Assembly: GCA_026987025.1 (NCBI GenBank)
Contig: JALSNJ010000040.1
Location: 166,713-230,712 of the forward strand
DNA: 64,000 bases
Source of the DNA: Candidatus Aminicenantes bacterium
GTDB lineage: Bacteria; Acidobacteriota; Aminicenantia; S016-38
Direction of reading: 5' to 3'
The notes under the pieces are model-generated. The model was not told the DNA's origin. It searched no databases and worked only from the letters and a program-made list of their open reading frames with translations. A program made the position numbers and the translations under genes. Shown here one piece after another: positions 39,758 to 50,591 of the stretch (the first letter of the stretch is position 1; every line of letters begins with the position of its first letter).

Positions 39758-41013
39758 ACCTTTACCAGGAATTTCTCTGGAGGGGGTTTATATACCAGGA
39801 AAGCGAGGGTGCCAGGGAAGCTCTATCTAAGGGAAAAATAGTGGGCTACATAGGCTTTGACCCCACTGCCCCCAGCCTCCATGTGGGTTCTCTTCTGCCC
39901 ATCATGGGATTGGTTCACCTCCAGAGATACGGCCATACCCCCATAGCGGTGATGGGTGGGGCCACCGGAATGATAGGGGACCCCAGCGGAAAGAGCAAGG
40001 AACGGGTGCTGCTGGAGAGGGAAACCCTGGAGAGGAACCTCCAGGGGATAAGGAAGCAGCTGGAGAGGTTCTTATCCTTCGGGGGGGAAAATCCGGCAAT
40101 TATGGTGGACAATTACGACTGGACCCATAAACTCAGCGTCATTGACTTCCTCCGGGACATAGGAAAGCATTTCTCCGTGGGATACATGCTTTCCAAGGAG
40201 TCGGTGAAAAGGAGGCTGGAGGGGTCAGGAATCTCCTACACCGAGTTCTCCTACATGCTCCTTCAGGCCTACGATTTCCTTTACCTTTTTGACAAATACA
40301 GATGCACCCTTCAGATGGGAGGCTCAGACCAGTGGGGGAACATAACGGCAGGGATAGACCTCATAAGAAAGGTAAGGGGAGCCAGGGCCTACGGCATAGT
40401 ATTTCCCCTTCTGACCACCGCCTCCGGGGCTAAGTTTGGAAAAACCGAGGAGGGGACCGTATGGCTGGACCCTGAGATGACCTCCCCCTACAGGTTCTAT
40501 CAGTTCTGGATGAACGCCGACGACAGGGATGTTCCCAAGTACCTCAGGCTCTTTACCCTGCTTTCCAGGGAAGAGATAGAGGCTTTAGAGGAGGAGCTAA
40601 AGGAAAGACCGGAGAAAAGATTGGCCCAAAGGCGGCTGGCGGAGGAGGTGACCAGAATGGTTCACGGGGAGGAGGGCCTTAAAAGGGCCAAGAGGGCCAG
40701 CGAGGTTCTTTTCGGAGGGTCCTTAGAAGGAATTACGGCCCGGGAACTTGAGGAAATAATGGGACATGTCCCTTCCCGGCAAATTAGCAGGGACGAACTG
40801 AGCAGATTCACGGTTCTGGACCTGGCCCTGAAGGCCGGCCTGATCTCCTCCAGGGGGGAGGGCAAGAGGCTGATATCCTCCGGGGGGCTCTACCTGAACA
40901 ACAGGAAGGTGGATTCCCCGGCCAGAAGGATAGGGGAGGCCGACCTCATAGAGGGAAGGCTTCTGGTGCTCCGCAAGGGAAAGAAAAACTATCTTCTGGT
41001 TAAGGTAAAATAA
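39754..41013 (+). CDS. tyrS: Tyrosine--tRNA ligase
   Basis: HIGH motif as HVGSLLPI, KMSKS as KFGKTEEG, and a C-terminal S4-like domain. Confidence 0.95.
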   Translation: MNLYQEFLWRGFIYQESEGAREALSKGKIVGYIGFDPTAPSLHVGSLLPIMGLVHLQRYGHTPIAVMGGATGMIGDPSGKSKERVLLERETLERNLQGIRKQLERFLSFGGENPAIMVDNYDWTHKLSVIDFLRDIGKHFSVGYMLSKESVKRRLEGSGISYTEFSYMLLQAYDFLYLFDKYRCTLQMGGSDQWGNITAGIDLIRKVRGARAYGIVFPLLTTASGAKFGKTEEGTVWLDPEMTSPYRFYQFWMNADDRDVPKYLRLFTLLSREEIEALEEELKERPEKRLAQRRLAEEVTRMVHGEEGLKRAKRASEVLFGGSLEGITARELEEIMGHVPSRQISRDELSRFTVLDLALKAGLISSRGEGKRLISSGGLYLNNRKVDSPARRIGEADLIEGRLLVLRKGKKNYLLVKVK

Positions 41014-41032
41014 AAAACTTCAAGGAGGTAAT

Positions 41033-41752
41033 GTGAGAAAAATTCTTTTACCCTTTCTCCTTTTAGCCATGGTATGGGGGGCTTCGCCTCAGGACCCCTT
41101 AAAGGAGGCGGACCAATTAATTGAAAAGAGGGAGAACCTTCAGCAGGTGGCGAAGGCCATGGACATCCTCAAGAAGGAGCTTTCCGTTCATCCCTATGAG
41201 GCCGGCTGGAGGTATTTGAGGGCAACCTATTATTTCGGAAAGAAGTGCAGGGACAAGGACAAAAAAATTAAAGCTTATCAGGAGGGCATCAAACTGGGGG
41301 AGGACCTGGTGAAGAAGTATCCTGACCGGGTTGAGGGTCACTTCTGGCTGGGCGTTCTCTACGGGGTTTACGGGGAGGCCAGGGGGGTTATGAAAAGCCT
41401 TTTCCTCATAAAGCCCATAAAAAGGGAGATGAATGCCGTTTTGCGTTTGGACCCCGGCTACGATTGCGGAGGAGCTCAGAGGGTTCTCGGCAGACTTTAT
41501 TACAAAGTTCCGGGCCTTTTCGGAGGCAGCAAAAGCAAATCCTTGAAGTACCTTCTGGAGTCAAAGAAAATATGCCCCCACAGTCTCCTTACGAGAATTT
41601 ACCTGGCGGAGACCCTGATTTCCAGAAAGAAGAAGCAGCAGGCTAAGGCAGAGCTGGAAGAAGCCCTTAACTTAGAGCCCATTCCCTCGGAGAAACCCGA
41701 GGAAGAGGAGTATCGGACCAGAATAAAGGAGCTTCTTTCAAAGCTTAGATAA
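41033..41752 (+). CDS. Secreted TPR-like hypothetical protein
   Basis: Signal peptide. Helical-repeat character. No catalytic motif. Confidence 0.35.
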   Translation: MRKILLPFLLLAMVWGASPQDPLKEADQLIEKRENLQQVAKAMDILKKELSVHPYEAGWRYLRATYYFGKKCRDKDKKIKAYQEGIKLGEDLVKKYPDRVEGHFWLGVLYGVYGEARGVMKSLFLIKPIKREMNAVLRLDPGYDCGGAQRVLGRLYYKVPGLFGGSKSKSLKYLLESKKICPHSLLTRIYLAETLISRKKKQQAKAELEEALNLEPIPSEKPEEEEYRTRIKELLSKLR

Positions 41753-41816
41753 CCTCTCCCACAGCGTTTAGGGAATTTTACCCTTGACAATCGCCAGGGT
41801 TTGAGCCATCATATAA

Positions 41817-42173
41817 TTGATGCTTTGGGAAATAGCTTTACTCATTGTTTCGGTGGCTGTTCTTGTCTTTGTGGTGTTCTCCATCCCTGCCCTTTTACAA
41901 ATAAGGGATTCGGCCAAGGAGTTTGAATTTACCCTCAAGGAATTCCGCCAGACCCTTGTGAGGGTAAATAAGGCGGTGGACAAAGCCGACGAGTCCCTGG
42001 ATGAGGGAAGAAAAGCCCTCAGGAAAATAGAGAAGGCTTTGGATGCGGTGGATCAGACCCTGGGAGGCTCCACCCTCAGGTTTCTTGCGAAGCCTGTGTC
42101 GGGCCTTCTGGAGGCCATGCCGGTTATACTCTCCGCCAGCAAAATTTACAGAAAATATATAAGAAGGAGGTGA
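41817..42173 (+). CDS. DUF948-like membrane protein
   Basis: N-terminal TM plus a coiled-coil. Typical partner of YtxH-like genes. Confidence 0.45.
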   Translation: MMLWEIALLIVSVAVLVFVVFSIPALLQIRDSAKEFEFTLKEFRQTLVRVNKAVDKADESLDEGRKALRKIEKALDAVDQTLGGSTLRFLAKPVSGLLEAMPVILSASKIYRKYIRRR

Positions 42174-42177
42174 TAAA

Positions 42178-42426
42178 ATGGAGGACAGGGGAGCAACTTT
42201 CTTTGAGCTCTCTGTGGCTTTTCTTCTGGGTGCAGTTATAGGAGCCGGAGTGGCTCTTATGTTCGCACCGGCTCCCGGTCAGGAAACCAGGAAAAAACTG
42301 GCAGAGGTGGGTGAAAAGGCCATAGAGACCGGTAAGAAAATAGTGGAGGAAGGGAAGGAGAAGGTAACCCAGGTGGCCGAAACCGCCAAAAGCAGGCTTA
42401 AGAAAAAGCAGACGGAAAGCGCCTGA
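42178..42426 (+). CDS. YtxH-like small membrane protein
   Basis: LLGAVIGAGVALMFAPAPGQETRKKL matches the YtxH (GxxxGAGxALLFAP) signature. Confidence 0.5.
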   Translation: MEDRGATFFELSVAFLLGAVIGAGVALMFAPAPGQETRKKLAEVGEKAIETGKKIVEEGKEKVTQVAETAKSRLKKKQTESA

Positions 42427-42442
42427 GCCTGATATCCAAGAT

Positions 42443-42468
42443 GCCCCCCTGCAGGGGGGCTTTTTTAA
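42443..42468 (+). terminator. Rho-independent terminator
   Basis: gcccccc-tgca-ggggggc hairpin followed by tttttt. Confidence 0.6.
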
Positions 42469-42475
42469 TTTATAA

Positions 42476-44969
<2,494 letters not shown>

Positions 44970-44970
<1 letters not shown>

Positions 44971-45041
44971 GCGGGCGACGGGACTCGAACCCGCAACCAC
45001 GAGCTTGGGAAGCTCGCACTCTGCCATTGAGTTACGCCCGC
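44970..45041 (-). tRNA. tRNA-Gly (anticodon CCC)
   Basis: Reverse complement GCGGGCGTAACTCAATGGCAGAGTGCGAGCTTCCCAAGCTCGTGGTTGCGGGTTCGAGTCCCGTCGCCCGC. Anticodon loop TTCCCAA. Abuts the symporter stop codon. Confidence 0.8.
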
Positions 45042-45431
45042 TGACAGATTTTATTTTAATCAAAAAAAATCCCTCCGTCAACCTCCCGAATTGCTTAACC
45101 TTTAAAAACTTAAAAAGGTAAGGCCTTATCCCATTTCCTTGAAGTTTTTTGGGAACTTATTTAAGATTGGATTATCCGATCTGAAAGGCAGGCAATAGTG
45201 TGTGTAGACGGTTCAAGAACCGCCGCAGAAGGAGGATGCGGGCTGAGGGTTAGTCGCCTTCTTCAGGCTCTATCTGGAAGGTTTCCTATCCCGGAAGTTT
45301 TTGTTTTTGCCTTAGCCTTTCTTTTGAGTATTTATCACATAGGGGCGATAAAGGAAAGAAGGTCGTTTAAGGGAATAATGGTCTTTAGAATAAAAATCCA
45401 CAGCAAGAGGCTAAATCGGGAATCCTGAGGG

Positions 45432-47501
45432 TCACATAATTGTTACATCCTCTATCCTCACCGGGGAGGAAAAGACTATCTTAACCCTGTTGGAATTCCG
45501 TTCCAGGGGGGATTTTCTAAAATCAAGGAGGATTTCTTTCATACCCCCTATTTTTCTCTCCAGCAGGAACCTTCCGTTCAGGTAAACCCTTATCTTCCCC
45601 TGGAAGGCCCTTTTGAGAATCAAGTGCAACTTCTTCCTTCTCAGGTGAAAGGTGGAGTACCTCCTTACCAGCACCCTTACGGGCTCCCTTTCTATCACCT
45701 TTATCAGGGTAAATTTTTCCGTTTCCTTGAGGACCACCCCGTATTTTCTAATTTCTTTAACCCTCCTTTTAAGAAGTTCCTTCCACTCCTGGTTCTTAAT
45801 CAGGTCCCAATGGATTATGATGAAATTGACGGAGTAATTTCTGAGAAACCACCTTAAGTTTCTGTCCACCAGGAATTTTTTTGAATTGGCCCTTCCCCTG
45901 GCCTTTGGGTAATCCTGCGGATAGAAGGCGGCCCTTCCGTTTATTAAATAGTTCCAGTGAACTCTGGAATAAAAATTGTAAAGGTTGTTTCTCGGGGCCA
46001 GGAGCCCCCGATAAAAGGGAATCTCAAGTATAACCCTGTTTTCCTCCCTGGGGAGGTAATGGTAAACCTGGGGTGGGGACGGGAATTTCCTATAAAAGCC
46101 CGCCTCCGGATAGTAATTTTCCAGAAAAATCAAAGGGAAAAGCAGGCAGAGGAATGCGGTTTTCCTGCCGGGGGAGTTTATTTTGCCCAGAAGGTATTTG
46201 AAGCCTTCTATGGAGAAGTAGAGCAGTAGAGGATAAAGAAGCAGATACGACCTGGTGGGTGCCCTCAGTCCTTTCATGCCCGGAATGATAGAGGAAATTG
46301 CATAATATGGGGAAAACTTTATAGATGGGGCTAATGTAGAGAAATTGAAGAAAATGCAGGAGTATAAGATGGTGGTGAGGAGGAAGATTCTTTCCATAGG
46401 GGATAGGGCTTTCCTTTTAAATATAATGTGAAGGCTTTTGCCAATAAGCAGGATGAAAATAACCCTTGTCAGGGCAAGGTTTCCCAGAATCAGGGAAAGA
46501 ATGAGCAAAAGCCATACGAAGATGGAAAGGAAAGGCCCTCTTCTTAAATCCCTGAAGAGGAAGGATATGACCCCCAGCGTCAAAAACATCCCCAGGGAAA
46601 GAGGATAGGTTCCCCTCCTGAAAAAAGGGGCGTAGATTTTAAAGGCGAGCCAGGAATTATTGACCAGTAGGTTTTTTAGCCCCACCAGGTGGGAAAGGGG
46701 AATTAGCCTTTCGGTTCCGCTTCTGCGAAAGACTATTAAATACGGGTAAAAAACGGCGAGGATGGCCAGGGAGGTAAGGGCAAAGGTTCCCAGAGTCTTC
46801 AAAAAATCCCTCCCCCTTAACTCCCCCTCAAGCAGGAGCGCTGCAAGGAAGATGGGCAGGAAAAGGCCCAGGAGGTAGGTGCCCATGTAGGTGCTGAAGA
46901 AAAAGACTAAAAACCCCCAGAATCCCGTAAGTAGCAAGAAAAGCTCCCTTTTGGTTTTCAAATACTTTACGAAGAAAAATAGGAAAAGGGGTATGAGGGT
47001 GTGGGAGAGGATGTTTATGTGGACGAAGTTCACATAATTGGATGTGGCAAAGGCATAGGCGGTGGAGAAAAGGGCTGCCATTTCCCGATTTTCCGTTAAT
47101 TCCCTCAGAAGGAGAAAACTTCCCCACATGCCCACGAAGAGGAAAAACAAAATCAAAAAATTGTATATGATGTGGGGATTATCGGTCATAAGGCCTATGG
47201 GAAGGGCCAGGAAGGCGTGTCCCAAAAGATGGTGGGTGTAAAAGGTAGCATAACTGTTAGGGTAAAAGAAGTTCATGTGCCATAGATTGTAGAATCTGAG
47301 GTGTTTTATCTGATGTATGTGCCAATCTATGATGCTCATGATCAAAAGGGAATCCCTGTTTCCTCCGTAGGGGCTCCTGGAGGTAAATTTCAATATGAGC
47401 AGGGGATGGGAGAGGAGGAGCACCAGGGCAAAGAAGAGAAGTATCTTCCACCGGCCTTCGGCTTTAGCCGTGAGCTCACGGCTTTTTCCTGGGCTTTTCA
47501 A
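45432..47501 (-). CDS. Large polytopic membrane protein (YfhO-like / putative GT-C glycosyltransferase) with a C-terminal soluble domain
   Basis: 689 aa. About 14 TM helices in the first 440 aa, then a ~250-aa hydrophilic Lys/Arg-rich tail. The 4-nt start/stop overlap with the upstream mosaic gene shows co-transcription. Confidence 0.4.
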   Translation of the reverse strand: MKSPGKSRELTAKAEGRWKILLFFALVLLLSHPLLILKFTSRSPYGGNRDSLLIMSIIDWHIHQIKHLRFYNLWHMNFFYPNSYATFYTHHLLGHAFLALPIGLMTDNPHIIYNFLILFFLFVGMWGSFLLLRELTENREMAALFSTAYAFATSNYVNFVHINILSHTLIPLFLFFFVKYLKTKRELFLLLTGFWGFLVFFFSTYMGTYLLGLFLPIFLAALLLEGELRGRDFLKTLGTFALTSLAILAVFYPYLIVFRRSGTERLIPLSHLVGLKNLLVNNSWLAFKIYAPFFRRGTYPLSLGMFLTLGVISFLFRDLRRGPFLSIFVWLLLILSLILGNLALTRVIFILLIGKSLHIIFKRKALSPMERIFLLTTILYSCIFFNFSTLAPSIKFSPYYAISSIIPGMKGLRAPTRSYLLLYPLLLYFSIEGFKYLLGKINSPGRKTAFLCLLFPLIFLENYYPEAGFYRKFPSPPQVYHYLPREENRVILEIPFYRGLLAPRNNLYNFYSRVHWNYLINGRAAFYPQDYPKARGRANSKKFLVDRNLRWFLRNYSVNFIIIHWDLIKNQEWKELLKRRVKEIRKYGVVLKETEKFTLIKVIEREPVRVLVRRYSTFHLRRKKLHLILKRAFQGKIRVYLNGRFLLERKIGGMKEILLDFRKSPLERNSNRVKIVFSSPVRIEDVTIM

Positions 47502-48910
47502 CGGAGGATTGGTTTTCTCTTTGGGCGGGAGGGTCCGGGTCTTTCAGCAGGGCGGGGGGGCGATTTGAAGGGGAAGAAAGGCCGCCCTGAAAGGCCAGGG
47601 CCCTTTGTGGCTCTTGCTGAAGCCGGCGAAGGGCTCAGAACCACGCCCTCTCCACCATATTTATATGGTGTTCTATACTCAACAAGACCTGGAATTACAA
47701 CATAGTCTGTTCCATTCCTTTTTTTAAAGAATATATAAGCAGCTCTGAATTCTCTTTTACCAGGAACATAATGACCACCACCATACATACTATCTAATAA
47801 TCCTGTTGTAATATCATCATCACCACCTGGAAAAATAAAACCCTTCATTATCTCTTGGATTGTCATTCTTATGTTTCCTGCCGGTGACCTTGCTCTTGCG
47901 CTCTTTAATTCAAATGTTCTATCATCTACTGTTCTCATAGCACCTCCTATATCACTTTCCATATACTTAAGTATACCATCTTCTAGATCATCATTATCAC
48001 TTACATCAATCTTATTATCTTGAATAACACCAAAGCTTAACTTAGATACTAAGTCTGTTAATATCTCTCTTATTGTTGTTTTAACCAACACACCACTCTT
48101 TGGGTCTGTTCCAAAAGGGGCTATATTTAATAATTCTTTATTAGGATAAACCTCAATCTCAAGATCATTACCTGGTTTTGCAGATGCATAATATGCTTCA
48201 TTTGTAATCTCACTATAAGAAAAGTAAGCAGCAGCAGATTGTTTAATTCTAAAATTATTTCTTGTATCAAATATATTTTCAGGGACATAGCTGTCAATAG
48301 TTACTTCAAACACAGAATTATCTTTAAACTCAGGTGTATCCATTACTTCACCCATAAGTTCTTTTTTTATTCTTTTATTTGGTTTATCAGGAGATACATT
48401 AACCCATATTGTATAATCACCTTCTTTAAGCATAGGTGATTCTAATTCTACAATACCTTTACTGTTTGTTGTTCCTTGAGCTATTATCTCATTGCTATTA
48501 TCTTTTGTAATATAAACCTTAACACCACTAAAATCATTTATTCTTTCAAAGGTTATTGGTTCTCCTGTCTTCCATCTCGTTATGCTTGGAAAATTCTTAT
48601 ATGCATCCTCCAGCTTGACTTTAACCTTAATAGGCCTTGGCTCATGGGGAGTTTGTTTCTTCCCTGGGGAGGAAAGAAGGTAGAGGGCGGCTCCCGCCCC
48701 TAAGAGAACAGCACCTCCCAGAAGGTAGACCCATCCCCTTCGGTGTTTTTTCCCCTCCACAGCCACAGCCCCGGAGGGGACCCCGGCCCGGGAGGCCCTT
48801 CCGTAGGAGGGGCCAAGCAGCAGAAGAAGGCAGAGGAGGGAAACCAGAAGGCGGCTCGCCCACCGGCGGTGGCCCTTCGCCGAAAAAGCCCTGTCCTTCC
48901 GCTGGAGCAT
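47498..48910 (-). CDS. Membrane-anchored/secreted protein with a compositionally foreign (AT-rich) core domain; function unknown
   Basis: SD GGAGGTGA 4 nt before the ATG. N-terminal hydrophobic anchor VYLLGGAVLLGAGAALYLL. The core (~47690-48645) is ~30% GC and uninterrupted in-frame. A carboxypeptidase-regulatory/transthyretin-like beta motif (GEPITFERINDFSGVKVYITKDNSNEIIAQGTTNSKGIVELE…GDYTIWV) and a Pro/Arg-rich tail. Confidence 0.5.
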   Translation of the reverse strand: MLQRKDRAFSAKGHRRWASRLLVSLLCLLLLLGPSYGRASRAGVPSGAVAVEGKKHRRGWVYLLGGAVLLGAGAALYLLSSPGKKQTPHEPRPIKVKVKLEDAYKNFPSITRWKTGEPITFERINDFSGVKVYITKDNSNEIIAQGTTNSKGIVELESPMLKEGDYTIWVNVSPDKPNKRIKKELMGEVMDTPEFKDNSVFEVTIDSYVPENIFDTRNNFRIKQSAAAYFSYSEITNEAYYASAKPGNDLEIEVYPNKELLNIAPFGTDPKSGVLVKTTIREILTDLVSKLSFGVIQDNKIDVSDNDDLEDGILKYMESDIGGAMRTVDDRTFELKSARARSPAGNIRMTIQEIMKGFIFPGGDDDITTGLLDSMYGGGHYVPGKREFRAAYIFFKKRNGTDYVVIPGLVEYRTPYKYGGEGVVLSPSPASARATKGPGLSGRPFFPFKSPPRPAERPGPSRPKRKPILR

Positions 48911-48927
48911 CCTTCACCTCCGGGGAA

Positions 48928-48958
48928 ATTCTAAACCCCTCCGCCCAGGGATGTCAAG
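48928..48958 (-). promoter_or_regulatory. Sigma70-like promoter for the mosaic gene
   Basis: On the minus strand: TTGACA (48958-48953), a 19-nt spacer, then TAGAAT (48933-48928), then SD and ATG at 48910. Confidence 0.35.
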
Positions 48959-49004
48959 GCAGAGCTGGTTTCCAAAGGGAACCGTTTTTTAATTTCAGCA
49001 AAAC

Positions 49005-50588
49005 TCAAACTGAAAAACGCAGGGAAAAGGTGGAAGGACCTTTAATCGGAACCCTTAAACGGGGGGCCCCATGGGACTTTATGAAATCTATTTCCCTTCT
49101 GCAGCCCGGCGGGAGTTCCATCCTGAGGATGGTTCCTTCCCTTTTCATTTCTACCAGATCCTCCACCAGGGAAAGGGAGGTGCCGGGAAAAAGCACGGCG
49201 TTCCACAGGAATTTTCCCTCCAGCACCTCTATTTGAACCTTGAAGCCTCCTTTTTCTCTTATTATCTTCAGCTCCCCTGCCCCGGTGGCCCCGGAGGTTA
49301 TCTTTCCCCTGAAGGAGTCTCTATCGCAGGATATCAGCTTGAAGTCCATTCCCTCCCCTTCCCCCCAGAGACCTGTGCTCTTTTCTTTATCGCCCTTGTC
49401 AACGAGGGATAGAATCTGATAGCCGTCAGCCATTACTACCATGGAGAAGGCCTGGTCAGGGGATGTGGGGCTATGGCTTAAAATTATCTTAAGATTCCGG
49501 TGATGAAGGGTGGCGAAGGAGGCCTCCGCTGAGCAAAAGCCCCGGGGCTCAAAGGAGCCCGCCAGGGGTTTTACGAAGACTTCCACCCCTTCCACCGGCC
49601 GGGTCCCCACCTTGGAGCTCTGGTGGAAGGAACAGAGCAGTGAGATCAGGAACTCCGGATTTCTGGTGAATAAGTGCAAAGGAAGAAGATAATAACCCTC
49701 CTTTCCTCCTATGTACGGCAGGCCATCTCTGGAGTTTATCTCCATCAAAATTCTGGCCGCCGCCTCCATCTTGTCCCACGCCTCTCCTATGAGGTACTTA
49801 TTCTTGGCCAGAAGAAGGGTGGAGTAAAGGGAGGCCTCAAAGAAGGAAAGGTGTTCCTCCACCGACCTTCCTTTGTAGAAGCCCTCTTTGTCGGTTTCTT
49901 TGTGAAGGAAGGAGATGAATTCCTCCAGGAACTGGTCAAAATCAGGGGCTGGCATGGAGAATTTTCTTAGGAATACCCCCGAGAAGATCAGGGAGGGGAG
50001 CCTGAGAACCCTGAGCCATCCCCGGGGATTTACTTCCTGCCTTATGAACAGGTAGTGTTGAAGGATGGAGGCTGCTAATTTCCGGAGATTTTTCTCATCC
50101 TTAGAAAATTCCTCCTTCAGGGCATCGTAAAGCAGGGGAAAAACCACGGCCCTGGTCATTACGGCCCTTTCGCTCTTCCAGCCTATTCCCCGCAGGGGCG
50201 GGTTTTTGTCTATCCATCCGATGAGGGTGGAGACCGTTTTTTTGTATAAATTTCCGTCGCCTTTGTACAAGTAGGAAAGGGCAGGGAGGAGCAACCAGGA
50301 AAAACCTGTAAGGACTTCGGCGTCCCCCGGGCATCCTCCCTTTTTAAGGCAGGATTGTGAGGGAAGGGGAAGCTTTCCTGTAAAGGGAAGGGCAATTTTA
50401 TTGGACAGGAATTCTTCCCTGGCCCTGCGGATGAAAGGGGGCTCTTCTTTGTCGGGACGGCGGAGTAGGAAGTTAAACTTAAGGGGAAAAATGGGTTTTG
50501 CCTCCTTAGCCTCCGCCCTGAGCCATTTTTCTTTTTTAGAAGGAACCAGGCTTTTTAAGTCAATCATTGCCTTTTTATGATAAAACAA
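49005..50588 (-). CDS. Heparinase II/III-like protein (putative polysaccharide lyase / glycan-modifying enzyme)
   Basis: 527 aa. Alpha-helical toroid-like N-terminal half and beta-rich C-terminal half. Resembles the heparinase II/III family proteins common in O-antigen/capsule loci. The call is tentative. Confidence 0.35.
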   Translation of the reverse strand: MFYHKKAMIDLKSLVPSKKEKWLRAEAKEAKPIFPLKFNFLLRRPDKEEPPFIRRAREEFLSNKIALPFTGKLPLPSQSCLKKGGCPGDAEVLTGFSWLLLPALSYLYKGDGNLYKKTVSTLIGWIDKNPPLRGIGWKSERAVMTRAVVFPLLYDALKEEFSKDEKNLRKLAASILQHYLFIRQEVNPRGWLRVLRLPSLIFSGVFLRKFSMPAPDFDQFLEEFISFLHKETDKEGFYKGRSVEEHLSFFEASLYSTLLLAKNKYLIGEAWDKMEAAARILMEINSRDGLPYIGGKEGYYLLPLHLFTRNPEFLISLLCSFHQSSKVGTRPVEGVEVFVKPLAGSFEPRGFCSAEASFATLHHRNLKIILSHSPTSPDQAFSMVVMADGYQILSLVDKGDKEKSTGLWGEGEGMDFKLISCDRDSFRGKITSGATGAGELKIIREKGGFKVQIEVLEGKFLWNAVLFPGTSLSLVEDLVEMKREGTILRMELPPGCRREIDFIKSHGAPRLRVPIKGPSTFSLRFSV

Positions 50589-50591
50589 AAA

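Noticed and set aside
45198-45428. 76-aa ORF in the tRNA-Gly / membrane-gene intergenic region
   Set aside because: No SD, an atypical Cys/Arg-rich composition, and it would run into the stop region of the downstream minus-strand gene. More likely non-coding.
48637-49236. 199-aa plus-strand ORF spanning the start of the mosaic gene and the end of the heparinase-like gene
   Set aside because: Pro/Arg/Gly low complexity with no RBS, overlapping two better-supported minus-strand genes and their intergenic promoter.
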